64,000 bases of DNA from an uncultured Gammaproteobacteria bacterium. Its GTDB lineage: Bacteria > Patescibacteriota > Microgenomatia > UBA1406 > HO2-37-13b. The position numbers and the translations under genes were made by a program. Positions 25,926 to 34,412 of the stretch are shown one piece after another (within the stretch, counting starts at the first letter, position 1; each line of letters opens with the position of its first letter). The notes under the pieces are model-generated. The model made no database searches. It was not told where the DNA came from and worked only from the letters and a program-made list of their open reading frames with translations. Location: contig CAYPSA010000007.1 in NCBI GenBank assembly GCA_964413645.1, positions 3,621 through 67,620 on the forward strand, in the 5' to 3' direction.

Positions 25926-26108
25926 GTGAACACCAATGCTCAGGAATTCATTTATATCGCTTTTATTCTCCCTGCCCTTTTTGCCTCAACTTTTCTATGC
26001 GAAGGTGCCTACAAAATGTCCAAACACGAAGATGGATTCTTTTTATTTATTATGGGAACAGTGTTCTTAATAGTAATCACTTTCGCCTACCTCTACCTGT
26101 TTAAATAA
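25926..26108 (+). CDS. Small 2-TM membrane protein (60 aa), GTG start
   Basis: In-frame GTG 5 nt downstream of TGcTAAATT. Two hydrophobic helices. Confidence 0.35.
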   Translation: MNTNAQEFIYIAFILPALFASTFLCEGAYKMSKHEDGFFLFIMGTVFLIVITFAYLYLFK

Positions 26109-26110
26109 GG

Positions 26111-27154
26111 TTATACCATTACATACCGAGCAGCTTTTGTTTTTCCGATTTTTTTTATAATTCCCTTTTCAACTAAATCTTTTAAATCCCGCAAAGCCGT
26201 ATCATCTGAAACATCGCTAAATACTTCACCAAAACTTTGATTCTGTAAATAACCAATACTCTGAATGTATTCAATAATTTTAGTTTGACGTTCTGTTAAA
26301 AACACCTGCTTTCCTCCGAGTTTTTCTTTCAAGTATGTATCTTTTGAGAGCTTTAAAACTTTCGTCTTAATTCGTTCAAATTCAATTGCGACTCCAAGAG
26401 TAAAATATTCCAACCACGATGTTAAGTCGCCATCAGATGCTTTCTTCAAATTCTCGTAATACGCATATGCATCTTTGTCATAAAATTCTTCAAGTGAAAA
26501 AAATCGGCGAATATCATATTTTCCTAAAAAGAGAATAAGCGTTGCGACTGCTCGAGATACTCGTCCATTTCCATCAATAAACGGATGAATCCGAACCAAT
26601 TCATGATGAGCAATTCCCGCTTTTAATATAGGGTGTAAATCTTCATCATTTTGCTTATTGAACCAATACAAAAATTCTCGCATTAAAAATGGAACTTCCA
26701 CCGGCGATGGCGGACGAAACGTAATTTCACCCGTTTCACTATTGCGAATAACTACCTGTTTACTTCTATATGCTCCCGATTGTTCATCGGGAAGAATTTT
26801 ATTAACCACCACTCGATGAAGTTTCTTTATAAGCGCCTCATTCACCCGTTCAACTTCCCGGTCTGTTTCGTCTTCAATAACTTCCAAAACTCGACGATAA
26901 TTTATGACTTCCTGTACATCGCGAGCATGTCCTAACACATCTCGTCCCAAAAGGACGTCTTTTGCTTCAGAAAGATTCAACTTATTTCCTTCAATATGCG
27001 TTCCGTGATGCGCCTGCCGAATAATTGCATCTTCTCGAAATCGTTTTTCCCACAGTGGAAGTAACGGAGCGCCTGAAACCACTTCCCTGGCTGCTTCAAT
27101 AGATCCTATGTTTTTAAGAATTGCGTTGGTAATTTTGTACGAAGGTTGGAACAT
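26111..27154 (-). CDS. Fic/Fido-domain protein with C-terminal winged-helix domain
   Basis: Canonical motif HPFIDGNGRVSRA. Start ATG 27154 lies 7 nt downstream of TGtATAAT. Confidence 0.85.
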   Translation of the reverse strand: MFQPSYKITNAILKNIGSIEAAREVVSGAPLLPLWEKRFREDAIIRQAHHGTHIEGNKLNLSEAKDVLLGRDVLGHARDVQEVINYRRVLEVIEDETDREVERVNEALIKKLHRVVVNKILPDEQSGAYRSKQVVIRNSETGEITFRPPSPVEVPFLMREFLYWFNKQNDEDLHPILKAGIAHHELVRIHPFIDGNGRVSRAVATLILFLGKYDIRRFFSLEEFYDKDAYAYYENLKKASDGDLTSWLEYFTLGVAIEFERIKTKVLKLSKDTYLKEKLGGKQVFLTERQTKIIEYIQSIGYLQNQSFGEVFSDVSDDTALRDLKDLVEKGIIKKIGKTKAARYVMV

Positions 27155-27179
27155 GGAAAATATTATACATGAACCAGTG

Positions 27180-27860
27180 TTATTTTCCGAAGCGACGATT
27201 GCGCGAAGCAAAAGCGGATATTATTTTTTCGAATTCGCTATCTGTAAAATCTGGAAATAACGTATCTACAAAAAAAAGTTCGCTATACACCGATTGCCAC
27301 GGCAAAAACCCTGAAAGACGATTTTCTCCACCAGTTCTAATAATTATATCTGGATCTGGGAATTCTGCAGTATCAAGTGCTGCGTTAAATTCCTCATCTG
27401 TCAGAGTGTCTTTATGGGCAAGTTTATTAATTGCACGTATGATTTCATTTCGTCCACCATAATTAAGTGCAAAAATTACCGTAACCGCAGTATTATTTCT
27501 CGTTTCATCCTCTAATGTCGCAACAATCTCTTGTAGATCTTTCGGTAGACTCTCTATATCACCGATAAATTTAACACAAACATTCTTTTCTTGAATTTTT
27601 GGCAAATCCTTTTTAAAATGCAGTTTCATTAAACTAAATAAAACCATCATCTCTGCCGCGCTACGCCTCTTTTCATTTTCTGTCGATAAGACCCAAAAAG
27701 TAATATAAGGAATTCTCATCAGTGCCGCTTTTTCTACTAACGAAAAGAAAATATTTTCCGCAGAGTAAGCATGTCCGGCATTCTTAGGTAAATTATGCGC
27801 CCGGGCCCATCGTCGATTTCCATCACAAATTATCGCGACATGAGTAGGATTAGTGTCCAT
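27180..27860 (-). CDS. uppS: Undecaprenyl-diphosphate synthase
   Basis: HVAIICDGNRRWA, and RTGGENRLSGFLPWQ near the C-terminal end. Confidence 0.9.
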   Translation of the reverse strand: MDTNPTHVAIICDGNRRWARAHNLPKNAGHAYSAENIFFSLVEKAALMRIPYITFWVLSTENEKRRSAAEMMVLFSLMKLHFKKDLPKIQEKNVCVKFIGDIESLPKDLQEIVATLEDETRNNTAVTVIFALNYGGRNEIIRAINKLAHKDTLTDEEFNAALDTAEFPDPDIIIRTGGENRLSGFLPWQSVYSELFFVDTLFPDFTDSEFEKIISAFASRNRRFGK

Positions 27861-27876
27861 ATTATTTTAGTCGTAG

Positions 27877-28212
27877 TTGACAGTAAAAATCATTTATATT
27901 ACACTCATTTTAATGAATCCCGCCTACGCTATCGATATTAACCAAACCACCTTTGCTCCCGCACGTATTGGGTCCATTTCGTCTATTCTAAATTTGGCCA
28001 TTCCACTTGTTATGACCGCAGGAGCATTACTTCTACTTGTAATGCTTTTTATGGCTGGATATAACTTGGTAATTGCCGGCCCGAGCAGTGAAAACTTCCA
28101 GAAAGTCAAAGAGAAGCTTTTTTGGGCACTGTTTGGATTTGGTTTAATAGCAACTAGTTTTTTCTTGACAAGACTTATTGGATTTATTACAAATGTTAAG
28201 ATCCCATTATGA
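27877..28212 (+). CDS. T4SS-pilin-like (TrbC/VirB2-like) small membrane protein
   Basis: Signal peptide ..LILMNPAYA, then two TMs around AGYNLVIAGPSSENFQKVKEKLFWALFGFGLI. TTG start. Confidence 0.55.
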   Translation: MTVKIIYITLILMNPAYAIDINQTTFAPARIGSISSILNLAIPLVMTAGALLLLVMLFMAGYNLVIAGPSSENFQKVKEKLFWALFGFGLIATSFFLTRLIGFITNVKIPL

Positions 28213-28616
28213 TACTAGCCCAAAAGGTTGATGAAATATTCGGTCAAGTAACCCCTCCTCCGGGCTTATATAATACTTCTCCTGTTGCCGGCTTGAGTAA
28301 ACTTCTTAGTGTAGGAATTCAACTTTTTTTAATAGTGACCGCATTTGTTTTCCTAGCATATATACTGTGGGGAGGGCTTGACTGGGTTATGTCACAAGGA
28401 GAAAAAGAAAAAATCGAAGGAGCAAAAGAAAAGATGACTAACGCGGGTCTTGGACTTATGATCGTCGTTGCTTCACTAACTATATTTACTTATATAGTAG
28501 GTAACTTATTTGGAATTATTCGCTTTAACAAAGGATTTCAGTTTACATTACCCACCATTCAAGATCAAACCGCCCCTACACGACCGCCTTCTCGACGAGG
28601 ACCTGGTCCTATATAA
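28209..28616 (+). CDS. T4SS-pilin-like (TrbC/VirB2-like) small membrane protein, paralog
   Basis: Two TMs around WGGLDWVMSQGEKEKIEGAKEKMTNAGLGLMIVV. It overlaps the upstream gene by 4 nt. Confidence 0.55.
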   Translation: MILAQKVDEIFGQVTPPPGLYNTSPVAGLSKLLSVGIQLFLIVTAFVFLAYILWGGLDWVMSQGEKEKIEGAKEKMTNAGLGLMIVVASLTIFTYIVGNLFGIIRFNKGFQFTLPTIQDQTAPTRPPSRRGPGPI

Positions 28617-29240
28617 CTATATGAAAGGCACTCGTGATACTGAAAAAACATAGAGCGCATACGTATACGGTAAAAACCACACTCCGTAGATAATCATAAA
28701 AAATCCAGTCATTATCGCATTAGTTTTTAAGCTGAATCGTATTGCTAAATATATGAGTGTGATTTTCCAGAATAAGAGCGATACTGAAACCCCAACAAAA
28801 AGCATGCTCAAAATAGTTCCCAAAAGCGATTGAGTTCGAGGAGGAGGAAAAAATGCAAATAGCACTGCAGTCAAAAAAAACCAAATAAGCGTTGGTAATA
28901 AACCGTAACTCCAAGTCGATATAAGTGATAAAAAAGAGCCTGGAAACCTGATTAGACGCCCGCTTAAATAAAAAAATAGGGTTGTCAATGAAAATGAGAG
29001 AAGAAAATATATAAAACCATGAATATTACTTCCATAAATAAAACTCACTGAGAAGAAATACATAAATACGAGGAAGAAAATCAATAGCACCTGCTTACTA
29101 TCAAAAGTATTTGAAACTTTCCTCATTACTTTGTAAGGAGTAAATATCAGACCAGAAAAATTATTCAGAACTAAAATTGAAGAAGTAAGAATTTCTTTAA
29201 AAAAACTTCTATTAAAAGCCATATTGTAAAATACTTGCAA
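28617..29240 (-). CDS. Yip1-like polytopic membrane protein
   Basis: Five predicted TMs. It is the last gene of the sigma/anti-sigma operon. Confidence 0.45.
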   Translation of the reverse strand: MQVFYNMAFNRSFFKEILTSSILVLNNFSGLIFTPYKVMRKVSNTFDSKQVLLIFFLVFMYFFSVSFIYGSNIHGFIYFLLSFSLTTLFFYLSGRLIRFPGSFLSLISTWSYGLLPTLIWFFLTAVLFAFFPPPRTQSLLGTILSMLFVGVSVSLLFWKITLIYLAIRFSLKTNAIMTGFFMIIYGVWFLPYTYALYVFSVSRVPFI

Positions 29241-29469
29241 GACGAGTAAGTATTGCGCTATTGGTAAGTTTTGAAAGAACCCAAAAAGATAAAGTAACTA
29301 CCATCGCAACCGGAATATACCATTTAAAAGGAAATGTCTTAAGTTGCTTTGCCATAGTAACGAATACGCTATTAATTAACACCGAATTAAATCGGTTTGG
29401 TTTTAATTCATACGTTTCGTGCAATTTATTCTGTAAGAGTTGTAAAGTTGTATCAGTCATACGCTTCAT
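29212..29469 (-). CDS. Putative anti-sigma factor (single TM)
   Basis: Small ORF overlapping the sigma-factor stop, with one TM (WYIPVAMVVTLSFWVL). The call rests on position. Confidence 0.4.
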   Translation of the reverse strand: MKRMTDTTLQLLQNKLHETYELKPNRFNSVLINSVFVTMAKQLKTFPFKWYIPVAMVVTLSFWVLSKLTNSAILTRLASILQYGF

Positions 29470-30004
29470 AGGAATGAATAAAAGCTTTTCGAGCTCGGAA
29501 CAGTAAACTTTCGGTCGTTTTGAATGGCAAATGAAATTCTTGCGCAATCTCTTTTACCGACCGGCCATCTACATACTTTAGTCGTAAAATGAGCGCATAA
29601 TCATGTGGAAGTTTTGAAAGTACTATTTCTATCTTTTTTACGACTTGTTCCCTATCAAGATCATCATCGAAAAAAACCGTTGCAAAGGAATCGATAATAA
29701 ACGAAGGAACATGAGAGAAAAAAATTCGACGTATTTTTTTGCGACGAAGTTTATCGATAATTTTGTACTTCGTAATAGAGTATAAATACGTCTTCAAACT
29801 CGACTGTCCCCTAAAATCGCGTAACCCTTCAATGAAATCTAAAAAAGTATCCTGCATAATTTCTTCTGCTTCACCAGAATCTGTAATCGTTTTTTGAATA
29901 AATGAAAGTAAGGACAACTTGTGGAGGGTATAAAAACTCTTCAAAGCCCGTTCATCGCGATCAAGCAGACGTGAAAGTAGTACAGAGTCTTTTTCTGAAA
30001 GCAT
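29453..30004 (-). CDS. ECF-type sigma-70 family RNA polymerase sigma factor
   Basis: Region 2 (EIMQDTFLDFIEGLRDFRGQSSLKTYLYSITKYKIIDKLRRKK) and region 4 (RSVKEIAQEFHLPFKTTESLLFRARKAF). Confidence 0.85.
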   Translation of the reverse strand: MLSEKDSVLLSRLLDRDERALKSFYTLHKLSLLSFIQKTITDSGEAEEIMQDTFLDFIEGLRDFRGQSSLKTYLYSITKYKIIDKLRRKKIRRIFFSHVPSFIIDSFATVFFDDDLDREQVVKKIEIVLSKLPHDYALILRLKYVDGRSVKEIAQEFHLPFKTTESLLFRARKAFIHSYEAYD

Positions 30005-30015
30005 ACCTAATTATA

Positions 30016-30057
30016 CAACCTCTTAGGTTGCCTGCGCACTGTCAACCTCTTAGGTTG
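30016..30057. repeat. REP-like hairpin doublet
   Basis: Sequence caacctcttaggttg-cctgcgcactgt-caacctcttaggttg. Confidence 0.8.
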
Positions 30058-30079
30058 CCAAATAGAGTATAATACAGGC

Positions 30080-31033
30080 ATGCTAATCGACGAAGTCATC
30101 ATTGATGTATACGCAGGAAACGGTGGACATGGATCCGCTTCATTCCGTCGTGAGAAATTTATTCCTCGTGGTGGGCCTGACGGAGGCGATGGTGGAAAAG
30201 GTGGGGATGTTTATTTTATTGGGGTTTCTGACCTCGGTGCGCTTTTACAATTCCAGTCCAAAAGAAAAATAGAAGCCGAAGATGGGAAACCCGGTGCTGC
30301 CAAAAAGTGTGAAGGAAAAGGTGGAGATGATTTACTCATTCGCATTCCCATTGGAACCAGCATTATTGATTTGCAAACAAACAAAACGATTGAAATCGAA
30401 AAGGTTGATCAAAAAGTATTAATTGCTAAAGGTGGAAAAGGTGGAAAAGGAAATTTTCAATTGCGAAGTGCCAGCAATCAAGCTCCTCCAGCAGGACTTC
30501 CCGGAAAACCAGGTCAATCAACTACTCTTCAACTTAACTTGCGATTTATTGCAGATATTGGATTTATTGGACTTCCAAATGCCGGAAAAAGCAGTCTCCT
30601 TAATGCGCTTACAAACGCGCAGGCAAAAATTGGAAACTATCCATTTACAACGCTCGAGCCAAATTTAGGAAAAATGGACGATCTTATTTTGGCCGATATT
30701 CCCGGACTTATTGAAGGTGCACATGAAGGGAAAGGTTTAGGAGTGCGATTCTTAAAACATATTGCTAAAACAAAGTTGCTGGTACACTGTATTGATGCAC
30801 AGAGCGAAAATGTGTTAGGTGACTATAAAACAATCCGACATGAGCTGGAGTCGTATGATGAAGCGCTTCTTGAAAAACAGGAAATAGTTGTCCTTACCAA
30901 ATCCGACATGGTAACCGAGAAAGAAATTTCAAAGCAAGTTACAAAACTCAAATCACTCAAGAAACCAATCCTTGTCTGTTCTGTTTTAAATGAATCACAA
31001 CTGCAGGAATTAAAAAAAGCTATTCAACAATAA
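30080..31033 (+). CDS. obg: GTPase Obg/CgtA (short, no C-terminal extension)
   Basis: Gly-rich Obg fold (GGDGGKGGDV, GGKGGKGN) and G-domain motifs GLPNAGKSSL and DIPGLIEGA. Confidence 0.92.
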   Translation: MLIDEVIIDVYAGNGGHGSASFRREKFIPRGGPDGGDGGKGGDVYFIGVSDLGALLQFQSKRKIEAEDGKPGAAKKCEGKGGDDLLIRIPIGTSIIDLQTNKTIEIEKVDQKVLIAKGGKGGKGNFQLRSASNQAPPAGLPGKPGQSTTLQLNLRFIADIGFIGLPNAGKSSLLNALTNAQAKIGNYPFTTLEPNLGKMDDLILADIPGLIEGAHEGKGLGVRFLKHIAKTKLLVHCIDAQSENVLGDYKTIRHELESYDEALLEKQEIVVLTKSDMVTEKEISKQVTKLKSLKKPILVCSVLNESQLQELKKAIQQ

Positions 31034-31035
31034 CT

Positions 31036-31500
31036 ATGAGTGAAGGAGAAGAAATCTCGGCGCCAACTACGGAAGGACCAGTCGAGTCAATCGAATTTGA
31101 GCTAGATACTAAATGGCAAGAACTTATGAGGGGAGCAATGGAAGAAGGACTCGATAATTATGAGTTGTTTGGACATGTGGAAGTTTCTCCAATGATAACA
31201 GAAGCGAACAAGAGAACGTTCGAGGATCTTGCTCCCAACGAAAGAGACTGGCTGAAAAGAGAATTATTTCGACAATTGAGATTTGTCGGAGAAGATCTTG
31301 AAGTAGTAGATACATACACCTTCACAACCCCCACAGGAACTTCGCCGGAGCATGGTGCAGAGCAGGCTCGTTTACAAGGTGAGGTCCAAGTAAGAATCTG
31401 TCAGACTCCACGAATCGGTGAAGATATGTACCTCCATGAATTAACAAGACCAGATAGTTCCATAGAATACATAGTCGCTCCTCATGATTTTCGACTATGA
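31036..31500 (+). CDS. Acidic hypothetical protein (154 aa)
   Basis: ORF starting 2 nt after the obg stop. I recognise no motif. Confidence 0.5.
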   Translation: MSEGEEISAPTTEGPVESIEFELDTKWQELMRGAMEEGLDNYELFGHVEVSPMITEANKRTFEDLAPNERDWLKRELFRQLRFVGEDLEVVDTYTFTTPTGTSPEHGAEQARLQGEVQVRICQTPRIGEDMYLHELTRPDSSIEYIVAPHDFRL

Positions 31501-31539
31501 TCTACTAATGAACCCACTTTCTTGATATACTGAATTGCC

Positions 31540-32724
31540 ATGTTTAAGCAGAATAGAAATACCCTCATCGTCGCACTTGTTGCCATGGTAAACATGCTCG
31601 GGTATGGAATTATCATTCCAGTTCTATACGGATATTCTAAAAAGTTTGGACTTTCCGATTTCGACAACGGTCTCCTTTTTGCCGTTTTTTCAATCTGTCA
31701 ATTTATTTCTACCCCAATAATTGGCCGCATGTCCGACAAATATGGACGCCGTCCATTACTGCTCATTTCAATTCTTGGGACAGCCGGATCTTTTTTCATG
31801 ATGGCATTTGCCCCAAACTACTGGTTCCTATTTTTAGCCCGAGCCCTTGACGGCATTACTGCTGGTAACATTCCGGTTGTATTTGCCGTAATTTCAGATT
31901 CCACCAAACCCGAACAACGCGCAAAAGCATTTGGTCTTGTAGGAGCTGCCTTTAATTTTGGATTTATATTTGGCCCGGCAATTGCAGCGTTTACCGTTGG
32001 AACAAGCGACGCATTACCATTTATTATCGCCGGCATAATTACATTAATTGCCGCTTCACTCACCTACCTCTATTTACCAGAAACAAATGTCCACATGGGT
32101 GAAGTAAAAAAAGGAAAATTATTTGATTTCAAGAAAATGTGGCATACATTGTTTGATCCAAATGTCGGAACTACATTTATTATCTCTCTAATATTCTTTA
32201 TGGCATTTGCATGTGCGCTTATTTATGGCTTTCAACCATTCACCACTAATGTTCTAAAACTGTCTACGTCACAAAACGCAACGCTCTTCACGATTTTTGG
32301 AGTAATTGGACTTATTTCTCAAACATTTGTTGTGGGAAATGTAACAAAAGTATTCGGAATGAAGAAGGCTTTTTCGATGTCAATTTTTATTACTGCCGCA
32401 GCATTTTTAACCATGTTTTTTTCACATTCCCTATGGTTGTTCTTACCCGGAATGATTGCACTTGGCCTTGTGAACAGTATTGTACAAACACTTTTACCAA
32501 CACTTCTTTCACAAGAAGCGGATGAAAAATCGCAAGGAACAATAATGGGACTTAACGCTTCGTATCAGAGTATTGGAATGATTGTTGGACCAATTTTAGG
32601 CGGAGCCGTTGCAACAATTGCAATTCCGTACACATTCTTAACTGGATCTGTACTAGTTTTTATTTGCTTTTTACTCTCTTTCAAAGTTCTGCGACCTGGG
32701 GTTCGAAAAGAATCTGCGTTTTAA
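31540..32724 (+). CDS. MFS transporter (DHA1/tetracycline-efflux-like)
   Basis: Twelve TMs and the motif GRMSDKYGRRPLLL. Confidence 0.85.
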   Translation: MFKQNRNTLIVALVAMVNMLGYGIIIPVLYGYSKKFGLSDFDNGLLFAVFSICQFISTPIIGRMSDKYGRRPLLLISILGTAGSFFMMAFAPNYWFLFLARALDGITAGNIPVVFAVISDSTKPEQRAKAFGLVGAAFNFGFIFGPAIAAFTVGTSDALPFIIAGIITLIAASLTYLYLPETNVHMGEVKKGKLFDFKKMWHTLFDPNVGTTFIISLIFFMAFACALIYGFQPFTTNVLKLSTSQNATLFTIFGVIGLISQTFVVGNVTKVFGMKKAFSMSIFITAAAFLTMFFSHSLWLFLPGMIALGLVNSIVQTLLPTLLSQEADEKSQGTIMGLNASYQSIGMIVGPILGGAVATIAIPYTFLTGSVLVFICFLLSFKVLRPGVRKESAF

Positions 32725-32818
32725 TAATGAATTTTTAAATTTATCGCTTGTCATATAATCTATATTAGCTCTTCGCATGATTCGGTTTAGACCGTTTTTA
32801 TGCTATAATTTGAGTACT

Positions 32819-33940
32819 ATGAAACTTTCTTGTGGAATTGTCGGACTCCCAAACGTAGGTAAAAGTACCCTCTTTAATGCCCTCTTAAAGAAACAAGTTG
32901 CATATGCTGCTAATTACCCGTTTGCAACCATTGAGCCGAACGTTGGAATTGTAGAAGTTCCCGATGATCGCCTGGCGGCACTGGCGACCGTTTTCCCCAA
33001 CAATCCTCCACTTGTACCAGCCGTTGTAGAATTTTACGACATCGCAGGGCTCGTCGCTGGAGCATCTAAAGGAGAAGGGTTGGGAAACAAATTTTTGTCG
33101 CATATTCGCGAAGTTGCAGCCATTGTTCATGTTGTACGGATATTTGAAGATTCGACCATAACTCACGTTTCCGATAAAATCGATCCAGCTTCCGATATTT
33201 CAACTATTAACACCGAGCTTATACTGGCAGACTTGGCAACACTTGAGAAATTTAAAGAACCAAAAGGTAATGCTCCTAAAGAAGATCTAGCAACCTTCCA
33301 GGTGGTAAAAAAATTACGAGTAGCGCTCGATTCTGGCACCGCAGCTCGAAACGTTGAACTTGAAGACGATGAGAAGGAAGCAATAAAACAGCTTAATTTA
33401 CTTTCCATGAAACCTGTTTTATTTGTTTTTAACACATCTGAGAGCCGGTTGGAGGATAAGGTGGGGACGGAAAAAAAGATCGAGGAGATCCTGAAACAAG
33501 TTCAGGATGACCCTTCGGCAGGCTCAGGGCAGGCAGGCTCAGAATACTTATACCTCTGTGCCAAACTAGAAAATGACATTGTGGATCTTTCCTCAGAAGA
33601 TCAAAAGGAATATTTGAATCAATATGGCCTACAAGAAACCGGGCTTAATCGCCTGATACAAAAAACGTATGAATTACTTGGATTAATCTCATTTCTAACT
33701 GCAGGAGAGAAGGAAGTTCGTGCCTGGACCATTCGCCGCGGCTCAAATGCAGTGCAGGCAAGTGGAGAAATTCATACCGATTTTATGAAAAATTTTATTA
33801 AAGCCGAAATTGCCGGATTCACTGATTTTGTAGCACTCAAAGGATGGGTTGGCGCCCGCGAAAAAGGAAAAGTCACGCTTGCAGGAAAAGATTACATAAT
33901 GAAAGATGGTGATGTGGTGGAATTCAAGATTGGGGTATAA
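32819..33940 (+). CDS. ychF: Ribosome-binding ATPase YchF
   Basis: GIVGLPNVGKSTLFNAL and a C-terminal TGS-like DGDVVEFK. ATG 32819 lies 9 nt after TGcTATAAT. Confidence 0.9.
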   Translation: MKLSCGIVGLPNVGKSTLFNALLKKQVAYAANYPFATIEPNVGIVEVPDDRLAALATVFPNNPPLVPAVVEFYDIAGLVAGASKGEGLGNKFLSHIREVAAIVHVVRIFEDSTITHVSDKIDPASDISTINTELILADLATLEKFKEPKGNAPKEDLATFQVVKKLRVALDSGTAARNVELEDDEKEAIKQLNLLSMKPVLFVFNTSESRLEDKVGTEKKIEEILKQVQDDPSAGSGQAGSEYLYLCAKLENDIVDLSSEDQKEYLNQYGLQETGLNRLIQKTYELLGLISFLTAGEKEVRAWTIRRGSNAVQASGEIHTDFMKNFIKAEIAGFTDFVALKGWVGAREKGKVTLAGKDYIMKDGDVVEFKIGV

Positions 33941-33947
33941 TGAATTC

Positions 33948-34412
33948 ATGAAGGTACTTATTGCCTACGCAACTAATTCAGGAGGAACGTTTTTTGCTAC
34001 TCAAATTGTCGAGCAAGTAATCAAAAGTAACAAACACTCGGTCTTTCGAAAAGAGATTGAAGAGCTATCTGCAACAAACTTAAAAGAATATGATTTAATT
34101 ATCTTCGCTTCCCCCAGTTGGAATTACAAAGGTGCCGAAGGAGAACTACAAACAAGTTTTAAAGAATTTGTCCAGAATTTTTCAGGGAAATCCCTTGCTT
34201 CCAAAAAGTGCGCGATATTTGGCCTGGGCGACAGCACCTACTTATACTTCTGTGGTGCAGTAGATCGATTAGAACGATTCGTAAAAGATAATGGAGGAAT
34301 TGTTCTATCACCATCACTTCGTATTGACGGATACTATCGAAATGAACAACTTCATAATAAAATGCTCGAAGATTGGACAGAGAAAATTCTAACTTCCTAT
34401 TCGATTGTATAA
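33948..34412 (+). CDS. Flavodoxin-like protein
   Basis: MKVLIAYATNSGGT FMN-phosphate loop and flavodoxin-like length. Confidence 0.65.
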   Translation: MKVLIAYATNSGGTFFATQIVEQVIKSNKHSVFRKEIEELSATNLKEYDLIIFASPSWNYKGAEGELQTSFKEFVQNFSGKSLASKKCAIFGLGDSTYLYFCGAVDRLERFVKDNGGIVLSPSLRIDGYYRNEQLHNKMLEDWTEKILTSYSIV

